A stretch of 64,000 bases of DNA from contig KZ538045.1 of the NCBI GenBank assembly GCA_000934665.2, positions 1 to 64,000 of the forward strand, in the 5' to 3' direction. Both the position numbers and the translations under genes were made by a program. Of the stretch, positions 50,526-63,016 are shown in pieces; position 1 is the first letter of the stretch, and the number at the start of each line of letters is the position of its first letter. The notes under the pieces are model-generated. The model was not told where the DNA came from, ran no database searches, and saw only the letters and a list, made by a program, of their open reading frames with translations. This stretch comes from Catajapyx aquilonaris (lineage: Eukaryota).

Positions 50526-52935
50526 TTCAGATTATTTTCATTGGTCATCCAGTCATGCACAGTATTACTAGTATAGGCTCGAGTAGGTAGGAAGAGTCCA
50601 CTCAAAAGTTTTCAAGGCCAATTATCCTAGTACTGTTCCCCTGTTAGCTGTTCAATTTTTGAACACAGTACCTTCAGGAACTCGTATCCTACAGCTGTCA
50701 TAATTATATGTAAGGCTTCTCAGGTTGACGGTTGACGTCAGGTCCTGTATGTCCAATGCAGATGCAATTCTTCTGGATGTCGACATTATTGTTAATGAAA
50801 TAAGTTGTAAGTGACGATCGCATGACTTCACTTTTTGCTTGCTCGTCGTTCTATCGCCACTTATACTCCGTCCCGTAAGTACTTATATATTCTCGAATGA
50901 GCCTCATACTGCAGTAAACTTGCATATTAGTGCTTTGGGGGCTGTTTTTGTATAACATCAATAAACACTGTCGGATATTAATCTGTGATGCAAGTGGTAC
51001 CAGGGATTGCGCCCTAGGCGTGTATGGAATAGTGATGCCGAAAGGCTCACATTGACTGCCCTCTGTACACATTACAAATCGTTTTGCTTATTAAGAAGTT
51101 CGCGAAAACGCAGAACAAGTACATTATCATTTAACTGATTATGATATTTGCGGTATTCATAAGCTCTTATATGACCGATTTGTATCCAGTGTGCCTCTGA
51201 CCAGTACTGGTCGCCGACTCACGCCTTGTAAGACAGGCTATTCTGCATGAGATGCGCGGGATTTATCCTGGACGTTAGCTAACCTATGCGCCTTTCCTGG
51301 CTGACACATTGCCGCCTTCTCAGGAGCTGGACCCTAACTCCGTTATGTATTGCACCACACCCAATCACTTCAAACTGAACATGTGAAGGTACAAAAATGC
51401 CCTCTCTGGATGTATACTATGCCACTCAGTTTAACACAACAGCTGATATGTATACATCTGCCTATGTGGTGGACATGGCGGGAAGAAAAAGTTTGGAAAA
51501 AAAAAAAATCAAAAGAGAAGGAGAGTGCAGTGGCGTAATGCTGGTCACGTCAAAGGCGTGGGACGTGACCGAACTCTGCGGGACGGAGGCGAAAAAAAGG
51601 CTCCGGATGAAGCGCTGGTCACGAGCTCGCCTGCTTGCGGTCTTCACATTGGCAATTCTCCCAGTCCGCCAAAGTTGCAAGGAGAAATGATGGAATTAAG
51701 GCCACGCACCTACCCTCCTCCCCTGTAGGTCCATCCCTCCCCAAATGACATGTCGAATTGAAACAATGCATTACGCTGCAAATGACGTCACATTGGTGGT
51801 GCAGCCATTTTTGGGAGCCTACTGGTGCAAACCCTCCCCGTATTGCTCCCAGCTGCTCTCCCGGGCAAACCAGCGATCGATGTGGGACCTCTCTTTTTTC
51901 CCCTACCCTCCTCCTAGCCCATTCTCTTCCCTCCTCCCCTCCAGTTTCCAGCATCCCTGCAGCAGATCAGGTCGAGAGCATACGTTGACCCAAGATTCTC
52001 GCCATGCACTGGATTATTGGGGTGCGACCTTAATTCGTTCCTGGAAGAGCTCGTTTTCTGAAAGGGGGGTGGAGGGAAGGAGGGGGATTTGCAGAATTGG
52101 CCCTTTCCCGACTTTTTCATGCGACATTATTCGTCCGGGAGCGGTTATGAGCCTGGGGGGGTCCGCACCTTGGACTGAGGGTCCCCCTCAGTTTATGGCG
52201 ATGGGACTTTGCGTCCTGCCGTCCCGAGGAGATTAGCCGGGAGATGCAGTGTGATGACAGGTCCTATTTTTTATTCCGCGGGGGTGCATGTCGCCTACAT
52301 GTCGCCCGCAATTTTCCGCAATGAGGAGGCTTGGGAAAGGCCGTTAAACAGAGTGGATGCCCTGTACCTACCTGCTTATTACCCAGGGGCAATCACAATT
52401 TTGGGGCTGGCCCTACTGCAGAGAGGGGCCAGCCAGCCAGTCGTCCTTCAGACGCCCTTGGCCACAGGTGCATCGATGGCGTGGCTGCCATTGCTCTGGC
52501 TGACGGTGACGTCATTGTATCGATCTTCAGCACCGAGAGCCAGCAGCAGTACCACCAGCAGCATCAGCAGCAGGAGCTCGCCCATACGTGAGGGAAAAAC
52601 CAACCGGGTGAATGAAGCACCCCACCATCCCCCTCCTCCCTCATCCCCTTTAACCCTTTCCACCACCAGCAATCCTCCCATCCACCCACCCACCTCCCCC
52701 CATTTACAGCCTGGAGGCCTCTGCAGGGCATGGCGATGCTCATCTGTTACACAACAATGCATCATCATCAAAGCATGCACAGCTGGATCTGGCTCTGCTT
52801 CAGTAAGCACACTCGGACAAGCCCCTGGGCCTGCCGCTGGACACTATCGATACTTGTAAACTGGTTTGTTACAGCCTCGGAAGCACTTGGCCCAAAGTGG
52901 ACAAAAAGTGACTTTTATTGCCTCCGGACGCTGCG

Positions 52936-52970
52936 AAAAAAAAAGAAAGAAAGAAAGAAAGAAAGAAAGA
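52936..52970. repeat. A-run plus (AAAG)n tetranucleotide repeat
   Basis: Directly visible. Confidence 0.85.
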
Positions 52971-55900
52971 GAAGGGCGGAGTAAAACAAAAAGTCATTGA
53001 TTCAGTGGGTCTGGCCGAGTATCCCAGCCAAATTGGTCATCTCCCGGGTATACCTGTTGAGGCACTGCCCGGTTTAATGTTGGGGCCGCACTTCTCTTGA
53101 CTAATGAGCACAGGAGTAACGAGCCCTCTGAGTAGTAATAGTTGCGTCCCATCATGCAGCCACAACTAGCGAACGCACTCGAGCTTGGAGCATCCTAAGA
53201 GCGGCTACGGCACAGGCGATGTTAATTAGCCGCGAGATGGCTGCGACTTTGATCAGGGCAACTATATGCTGGTGCCGTGTGTGCATGGTTGCTCATTTGC
53301 CAGGAGCAGCAATGAAGCCAATCGAAGTGAACCCACCCACCCTCCATGCCTGCCCACCACCCACCCTACTCCAGAGTGCTGGAAAGGCCATGCGCCACTG
53401 CGAAAGCGCCTTCACCACCGGGGAAAGCCCGGGCTGACTCCCCAATCGATTTTTTGGCCACTTGTGTTGGTGTTTAAGGGCGTGGGGAGGTGGTAGGGGG
53501 TGGTGGAAGAGGAGGTCTTGGCCATGGGCCATCCAGGACACTATCCTAATGGCGCTGGGACCCCATTATTCCAGTAGCATGAGAAAGAGCGCACCTGCAC
53601 GGTGTTACCCTGTATAGTCCAGGGCGATGACGTGCTTGTCCGCATCGTAGGGGGACTTTGCACCCATTGATTTCCAATCAAGTGACGAGTGCATGAGCAA
53701 TGGCAATGCAGGCAGGCAGGCGTCCAGGAGGGCCGAAAAGTGCGGGGGAATGGGGGGGGGGNGGGGGAAGGGACAAAGGCGAGCCCCCTCATCCAGGTTG
53801 GCCTGGCGCCAATGGCCGAGTGTGGGGCAAGCGCACTTGGGAGCCACCATCATCATCGACATCATACGGCTGCAGGCAAGAGCGAAGAGAGAAAGAGATG
53901 TGGGTGGGTGGGTGAAGGTAGAAGGGATGTGGAGCTTGCACATAATATACACAACTGCCAGCTCTGGTCAATACGGACCGGGCTCGGCACAATACCTTGC
54001 CTTGGCCATGTTCACAGAACCTGCCACTAACAATCATCTTCCACTGCTTCATTAATCTGTATGGGGAGCTTAGGACTATTGCTATAGGAAATGGCATGAG
54101 ACCTGCGTTTGGGAGATGGTGTAGCGGTGTAGGTCTAGGAGGTTATCCGTGCTTACCTGATGTCTGTAGGAACTACATATGAGTTTGCCTGTTACAAGTT
54201 TATGAAACGCACATTAAAACGTGAGTTAAAACACGGTAGCATTGTACCTAACTTCTGCCATAAATCTAACTTAACCCTTCCCCGCCCCTCATGTTCGCGC
54301 ATGTCGCTGGACGTCCATAAATTCCAGGCACATGTGTTACAAATAAATCGTGGACTTTGAATTATGGCGCGAATGAAGTAACACGTACAACAGCACGATG
54401 TCACGAATTGATTAGAGTTCGGGATGATCATTACGTGAACTACCTGTACCTTCTGATGACAGTTAGTTGGCAGAAGAATGGTATACACAAAGGTGGAGAT
54501 GCGGTATAACGTTGCAAGGCCTCTCATGTTGGGGATATGATTGTTTCAACAATTCTGCAAGTGGTCTGTAACTGTCAGGTTCGATTATCTTTTCAAGGAG
54601 ATTGTCCCGTGCATTTGAACTTGTATTGCCAAGTGTAAACAAATATGGTAATGTAGCACGGTTATAAGTCATCTGCTCTCTCGGGGAATTAACCCGGGCT
54701 TAAAACATGTGCTTGACAAAATGTCACTTGAAAGCCAGTCGAGGCAGGAACGTAAAAGCAGACAGTTTTTGGACGATTTATGCTTTCAAGAGCGGACTTT
54801 AAGGAGCTATAAAAAGAGCTCTTTCTGGTCCCAGCTGATGTGGCGTGGAAAGGTCGGTGGAAAAGAATGTCGTGCCTTGGAACAAGTGCCTCTCCTAAGA
54901 GTTGCTTGGAGGAATTAGCCAAGGTGCCCCAGTGTCCAACATTTATAGTGGATTGAGCCAGACAACTTTTGGGAAAACAGTTTTCTCAAGTTTGAAGGCC
55001 GTAAGGAGCTGGGGGCGTAAATCGGGCACATAGCTGTTGAGAACGTTCGTGTTTGTTTTACTGCACAAACGGTCGTTGGTTACCAGCTGCCTCCATAATT
55101 CATTGCGGAAACACCTTTGTCTGAAAACGTGCTCTGGGATGCTATTACATTGGAATAAGTCCGATGAGTTTTGCTGCGAATTTTGCACCGGACGGCCGTG
55201 GACTACGGTGCATCTCTCACCAACCCATCATCATTCACTCAATGGCAGGCCTGCATATTTGGGTGATTAGTAGATGACATTATCCGTCGATGTGGGCTTC
55301 GATGTTTTGAAAATAATTTAGCATCATAAAATGAATTCATAGATTGTGCCGGTATTGTTTTTACTAACTTGAACGCGAAGTACTTTTACCGTGTGTTCGT
55401 TGTGCTTTATCAAGAATTTGTAATTTTATCAATCCCTTGTTATGCCAGGTTGTCCCTGCTGCATTGTAACGCAACGCTGATGTGGAATCTTCACATTTAC
55501 TGGAGATCGAAAAATTGCTACTTCGTTTTATAAGATCTTCAGCGTGTTACTTGATGAGACTCGAAACCGGTGGAAGACATTGACTTGTACATCTAACTAA
55601 ACAACTTATTCGATTACTTTGATAATATTGTCATTAACTATAGAGCAGCTTCTATCCCAAGCATTAGCTTCTCGGTGTCATCTGGTTTAAGAGGAGGATG
55701 GTCTTTTAACGTAATGAGAGTATTTCACCCTATATGAGAGTTCGTCAGTCTAACTGGATTAGGGACTCCAGTAAAGCCGCTCCGCATACTCTAATCCCGT
55801 CTTTAATTGATTACTCACTTAGCTTGGACTGATCATCACTCCAGAAATCCTTTAGACATAGTCTACCGTATACTTGTATAAAAGATATTACAATGAACCA

Positions 55901-56286
55901 TTGCAATCATTATTAAGTATATTTACAATAATGTTAAAATAATTTGTGGGTAATGCTTTCACCCCTTCCGGGGTATATCGCATGGACCTTTATTGTATTT
56001 TGAGTTGTTCAGTACATGGTGCCTATTTAATTAAAGCCCGGGCCCACGGGCAGGATGACAGGAGGGGATGTGCAAGGTGCAGTGCATCTGACGCTGTTGC
56101 CGTTTTTAGTGAACTCCCCCGGGTGGTTTAGTCTGTGGAAATACCACCCGAGACGAAGCCAGAGCCTTATTAGATTTACAATACATATTACCAAGAGGAA
56201 TGAGTCGAATGACGAGGTTTGTGGCAAATAAGGAACGACTCATTTGATTTTAGTTATATCTCAAGGTTCTCCTGTGCTCTTGAATT

Positions 56287-56409
56287 AAGGCCATTTCACA
56301 AAAAAATTATATTTATTGTTGCCAACAATTGGCAACAATAAATATAAATAAAAAATTTGCCGCAAGTCGCGCCGTTTGCCGCGCGACATTTTTTTTGTGA
56401 AATGGCCTT
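56287..56409. mobile_element. Short MITE (Harbinger-like GGCC termini) with internal palindrome
   Basis: TIR AAGGCCATTTCACAAAAAAA and TTTTTTTGTGAAATGGCCTT. Internal hairpin TATATTTATTGTTGCCAA-CAA-TTGGCAACAATAAATATA. Confidence 0.65.
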
Positions 56410-59400
56410 TACACTCTCATACCCTGCACCACGTACTGCGTGCCTGTCACTTCAACTCGGGTTACCTGGATAAATTTTGAGGGGATTTTTCCAAACTCTC
56501 GCCATATGCTGTTTGTGATATCTTTCAGGAAATACCCAAAAACCTTTACAAGCTATTTTGTTTCTTCTCAGCTATAAGCGACTCCTGGAGTTTTTTTTAT
56601 ATACATGTTTATGTGTCTTGAATATACTCGTATACTGTATACATTATTATTTACACTCACGGGTGAAAGTTTGCCTACATGTTTTTGTAAGTCCTGCGTG
56701 TAGATAGGTATTAACAGAGAAGTATGCTGAAGGGAGTTGTCCCAGAAAAGTTATTTTTGTAATTATACTGATTAGTTGTGGTGTACTCTTTCTGTAATTC
56801 TTACGAAGTTGGGTAAATAAGCAGAATTTATTAAAGGCAACCTTTGGTGCTACATAGTTTCAGAAAAAAAGTGGCTTAACCGCTTCCTTTTGCGTAATTA
56901 CGGAACTTTAAGAATATTTTATGATCCTGGTTAATAGGTTAAGCTATTAACAAGGTTAAAAGGGGAAGCAATGCTGCACGGTCAGTGAAATGTAATTTTT
57001 ATATTTTTGTGCAGTATTAAGTAGACTACAATGAAAAAATTATTGTGACTTTCAAGTGCTTCGGTTGTTTCCCAAATGCAGCCCCTAGAAAACGAGGGGA
57101 AAAGTAGGATATCCTGGCGTAAAGCTCGTTATAAACTTACTAGATCTCCCGTAAAAGCAGCACGAATACAAGCTGAAGGTGTTTGTGATATCGATGTCAT
57201 TTACTCTCCATTAACCGCGTATCCGGGTTGTGGACTAGTTTTAAATTTTTTTTAAGCTGACCTGCTTCTTGTTTATGAATGAGATCGTTAAGTCACATTT
57301 GTGCGCTTTCATGCCTTTTGCATCACTCGCCTTAGAGGCTGAGACTCTCAGCTGGGAATGAATTGCCGATATAGCTGTTTGAATCAGTTCATCATGCTAT
57401 ATTATTTTCACCTCACGAGGAAAGAAATTGGAGCCACACGTGGGATTTCGTGTTGGGATGTCCAGGGTGGTGAGCGCCAGATTGTGGGTTCGTTACCCAC
57501 AGTGCTAGGGGCATAACCTTTTTGCAGTCAGTTTAATTTTAGGTTAGGCAGCAATAAAATATATATGGCCTGGCCTTCAGACGCGTTCCTGTAAGAAATT
57601 GGCACTTGATGGAACGCTCCTAGAATATGCAACCATCCGTACTATAATAATTGGAAAGTAACGCTTGATTTCCTTAATTGCAGAGGTACATCCGAGAGAC
57701 CCTCCAGGTATCAGCCTCCTAGCAACACCTGGTAAGTCCTGAAAATCCGAATCTGGGCAGCATTCCTTGGGAATCCTAGGATGGCATTATTGGCGAGAAG
57801 AAGTCGGGGAGATGCCTGAGATGCCAGCTCTTTGGCAACGTTAGCTGTCGGGGAAGCAGAAGGAGCATTCTTCATGCCTTCTTTATTGCTCCCTTTTGTT
57901 TCGAAGGCCTCACCTCTTGGGTTCAAGTGACCCGTCCGTGTATGTCACTGCATTCAGTCGAGCACAAAAGGCGTCTGTGCCGGATTTCCGAGCCGGCTTT
58001 GTTATCTTCTCACGCTCCATCTATCTGTCAACAAGACATGGTAAAGGTGTGGAGGAGCAATTAATCGCCTAGAGGAGGGCCTGGGAAGAGACATACAAAA
58101 AAAAGAGAAGAAGTGCGCCGCATGACGGGAGGTGATGACTCTTGTGCGCGTTTGTTTGAGCGATGATGGGCGGGTTGTGAGTCGTCGTTTTGCGTGTCGA
58201 AATGGGAGCTGAGCAGGTCGTAGGAAGGGAGCCAGATCCATCAGGCTTTTCGTTAGAAGGAAAGATGGTTCCCATTGTGGATGGCCATTATCGAAATGTG
58301 ATACCGGCTACGCAGGTACAACGGTACCGGTACATGACTTTTTTTTTTACCCTGGGCTTTCAGGCGGTTGCTATGGCAAAGGCGTGTGGGTTGACGAAAA
58401 TAGTCGTCGTCGTCGGTGGCGGGATCGTCGGCGGGTGCCGGTATTGATTGTGGGAGGAAGGAGGGGGACGTATAGTGCAGGAAGGAAGAGGGAGCGGGGT
58501 GGGTGTTTGGGCTGTCTGCATAGCCTAGGACTACCTATGAGTAATGTCCGGAGATATAAAGGGCGTCGGCGTCCCATCGACTAGCGAACACGTCACTTCC
58601 TCTGGTGTGACGTCACCTTGTGTTTACATTTTATATTACCATCTAGAACGTCGATAAAAGTAGCCTAGTAGTGTGCCTCTAGTAGAACGGAAAGCAGGGT
58701 GAAGCCATGTATTTATTCTGTTCGTACGTGTGGGTACGGGCTGATCATAAACATGGGAGTGTTGCATGCGCTATTTCTCAATAATTAATTCATATCGGAT
58801 CAATATTTACCTGAGGAAGATGTAAGATGCGGTTTGTCAATACCAATCCGTTGCGTTGTGTGCTTATCACGCTTCTTATGCAAGGCTGGATATTTGTAAT
58901 GTGTATAAGGTTGGGAAAAGTAGGCCAAAACGGCTGTATTTTTGCAAGTATGGCAGAAAATCGACTGGAGGGAAAAAAAAAACCCGGCACAAAAAATGCG
59001 AAAGAATCCACGTGGGATAACTTTGAGGATAACTTGCTGGCATACAAATAGCTGCTAATGCGTAACTATAACCTGCAAGACGCGCGCTGAATATTGAAAT
59101 CTGCTATCGAGTTGCGGGGCTTTCAAGTTTTATCAAGGCCCAAGTACCAGTTTGAAACGCATCCAGTTTATACAGTATCACACATGTTGTTGCCACACAC
59201 GCATTTGCGCAGGCGTGCGCATGGTTAACAAAAATCCTAACCTACATTTTTTTTTTCGTCATTTGCCACCCCTGAAGCCTACTGGACCTGTTCCAAGCTA
59301 TATGATTACATCACCGTTACGAACACGGAGAAGCACATCGTGACGTCAAGTGAACCCTAAAGAATAATGACGACGGCACATATATATGTTATATGTTTTT

Positions 59401-62119
59401 TTTTGCAGCAATGAAAAGTGGAAGACGGGGGGCAAAGTCCGGAGCAAATGCGTTTCGTGATAAGATTGGTCAATTGGCACGATCAGGCGAGACCCGTATC
59501 ATGTATTGGGGGTAAAGCCTCCGGAATGAATTATGATGGGGTCGTACGGTCCAGTTGCGTGCAGTGCCAACATGCGATCCTCAAATAGGCCAAAATGGAC
59601 GATGGGGTGGGGGGTGCATGGGGATGTCTACGTCACCACAACAAGAAATTAGCTTGCCGCTTATTTTTGGGTCGGTTAAAAAGGGGAATAAACATGGTTA
59701 TTTTTTGTCGGTGTCGTCAGTCGTGGTTTGTTCACCCGCGGAGTGGAAAATAGCTATTACTTCGGGCTTTACCCTTGACATGATGTAAATTTCAGATGCT
59801 GGGAAGCAACTAATGAGTGGACGTACGAGGTTAAGTTGCTGTTGAAATTCGTGGACTGTGTTTGAGCTTCTTTTATCCTGACGCAAATATATATTTTAAA
59901 AAAACGTTTTGGCCAGAAAGTTTTGATCGGACCATTGTGCCACAAGTTTGAGATGTGTGACAGGACCCATACTTGGGCATGAATAAATCATATCGTTTAT
60001 CTTGCCGAGTAATGTTTATCAGTCGATATGTCCGTGGCGGGTAGGCGCAGGAATTAATGAATATTTCATTGTCAGTTGTTTCACCAATCGGCTTGAATAA
60101 TTCAGGACTCACCGCCCTCTTCCTCAGCCCCCCTCCCCCTCCCTCTCCTGTGCTCTTAGCCAACTTTGCATTTCTATGGCAGGTATTGCTGTGCAGGAAA
60201 ACAAGTGGTATAGTTGTGGCAGGTCATATACAGTATATCAGACGAGCCACTCTTTGACGTCATCTTGCGACACGTCTCATGTAATGTCAAGTAGGAGAGT
60301 GGAAGGAAACAAGACTGGGGCTGGGTTGGGTGACGAAGGTCGGCAGGGATAAAGTGGGTCCACGTTGGCGAAACGTGACCGGCAAGCAGTTTCATTAAAC
60401 GCCTTTTGCCGTGACGGCGACAGGAGTTTAGAAGAGGAGGGAGGGGGTGGCGCAGGCGCCGTCATATGCAGTACTACTACTATACCAATCCACTTGGCAA
60501 AAGTCGGGCACAAGGCCTGAGTGACGTCACGATGCAATTGTGTAGCTCGGCAGCACAAGTGCTGTTATTGTCTCGTCGGAAGGGGGCAATAATCTTGGGG
60601 TGGCAGAACATCTGCCACTCTCCATCACATGTTTACGTTTCCACTCCAGATATATGGAAAGCGATAGCCTGGCTTGGGGATGAGCCTCGATATCTAGGAC
60701 CTGGTGTTGAAGAGCAGAGCAAGCGGCAAAGTTTGATCAGATAGGTGCGGAATGAATCAGGCGAGGTACGCAAGGTTATCGGGATTGCGCAGCAACACCT
60801 CGCCTATCTCGGTTCCCCGGATACTTGGCCGCATCTGCGCGCAGAAGCTGAAACTTTTGTACGGCACATCCCGGACGTGGTCCTCCATTTGCCCATATTC
60901 TCATTGTAACTGACTGCCATCAGCAGTGCCAGCCGTTGGACGTGCCGCCCATATGAAATGACCCAAGGTGACCCCTGCCACTCTCTGTCACCCAGCTTGT
61001 CTGCGCCAAGGACTGATAGATAGCCCGGCCTAATAATAGTGTCTTGCACTCTTGCTCTTGCGCAATATGTGTAAATGGAACAGATGTTCCCTTTTTGCCT
61101 GGTTACCGATAAGTCGATACCAAGTTGCTTTGTCCATACTGGAAGAGATCAAAGGCTACATCATGTTCTGATAAGTGGTAGTGGCTTCTGACGTGATGTG
61201 TGCGTAAGTTATCGCAGCGTGGTGCGTTTCCTCTTTTGGAAGACTCTTGGACCCTGTATAATTGCTGTTTCATCATTGTGTTATCTCAGATACCACAGTC
61301 TGGCTGTTGGCCCAATAGTCTCACGCTTATTATTGGGAAAATGTCAAGGTCTACCTAACCCTGATTACAGATATGATTTGAAAGAAATGGTATTGACTCA
61401 CACCCTTATAGTGGAATGATTACTATGGAATATATCACATCGAGTTTGTTCGTAAGGATTGCCTGATATACTTTCCTATTATCGCTTATTTTTAATAGCA
61501 TATACTTAGGAGACTATAAGTGCCGTCCTATAGGTAGATATAAATCTAAGGGGCTATGTGCACATTTAGTATCGACTATATAGAGCGGCGGCGTGTGGCG
61601 CATGCAAGATTTCAGCACAGGACTTTGAATAGAATTCAGCTTACCTTCTTCCTAGACCTTATCATTTGATCAAATAATTACTGGAGTGCCAGCGTACTGT
61701 ACAGTACATCTCACGATCCTGTAGGACTATAGAATTATAATATTAATAGGTTAATATTAGGGCCCATTGTATGGATAAGAGCATGTGTAGGATATTAACG
61801 AGATATCGAGGATTGAGAGAATTGTAGATTTGTAGTACCTGCATTTAGACGACTACACATTTTCATTTTGGCGTTTACTAATATATTACCGTGTTCTCTA
61901 ACGAACCCTGCTGGATGATTCAGCAAAACCGTGTCCGTTACGAATATTTATTTATTCCTAACGGAGGATGTTTGATGTATTTCAGTTTTAGGCTATATAT
62001 GTAGCGGAAACCTATTCCGTAAGGGAAATTTTTACAGAACGAGGCGATTCCTCTATATAGACATACCAGTACGGTAACGGTGCATTATGCACCGGTGAGA
62101 ACATAACAGACATATCAAA

Positions 62120-62229
62120 GGGCCGGTTGTACGTATGAACATGAGTTAATGTTCACTACGCAGTTAGCTGTTGTTTTCTAGACTTACCCCATAGTTACCC
62201 TCATTAACTCAAGTTCATGCAACCGGCCC
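62120..62229. mobile_element. PIF/Harbinger-type MITE
   Basis: GGGCCGGTTG...ATGAACATGAGTTAATG and CATTAACTCAAGTTCATGCAACCGGCCC. Termini match the 5266-5391 MITE; the TSD is imperfect. Confidence 0.65.
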
Positions 62230-62860
62230 TGAAATCAGTGAAATGGATAGCTTTATGGTTGGGGACATCAGAAGGCAAACTACTCGTATATACAGAACTT
62301 TACTCGCCGGACAATTCTGCCGTCATTTAGATCTGGACAGAGCTAGGTGAGGTCGAGTTTCTACATGGTTGCATAGAAACTGGACCTCGCGGCTATGTAC
62401 AATGCGACGTTTTGCGAAATGGCGGCAGAATTCCTGGCGAGCATTCGACCACCGATTTGTGTACAGGCAGTGATGAGAAAACTCGCCAGAAATTGGTTGG
62501 CGAGTGATGTCAGAGTTTCCTATATTATGTGTGTCGACCAAAACGAAAATCATCCAGAGCAGGGCTGTCTATTACTATTATAATACTTATTAATTATGGA
62601 ATTGTAGCTACAGAGCGTGTGTCCTCCTAAACAAGCCACCGCCACCGGCTTGAATACGGGCAAGAATGCGGGGTTGGAAATAAATAAATAAATACATACT
62701 GTATAGTGTATACTGTGATAATACAGTATATAGAGAGGGCTCAAATTCTTGCCACTGCGGCATGTTTTTGAACGGAACAAGATGATGGGATAAACTCACT
62801 GGTGATAATTCTCACCTCGATGCAGCATAAGGGCCCAGGACAATGAAAGTAGTTCAGGTC

Positions 62861-63016
62861 GCTCATGGAAAACCTGTAGGGTAGGCTACCATATATCTAA
62901 CTTAGATATATGGTAGCCTACCCTACAGGTTTTCCATGAGCATAGAACTAAGCAAGAAAATATATATTTTTGGGTTTCAAACCCAAAAATATATATTTTC
63001 TTGCTTAGGTCTATGC
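62861..63016. repeat. Two abutting long palindromes
   Basis: 62861-62941 has perfect 40-bp arms with a 1-nt centre (62901). 62940-63016 has 38-bp arms, one mismatch and a 1-nt centre (62978). Confidence 0.92.

Noticed and set aside
51745..52859. Plus-strand ORFs of 163 and 216 aa
   Set aside because: They are low-complexity products of GC-rich and CAG-repeat sequence, with no domain similarity or supporting splice structure.
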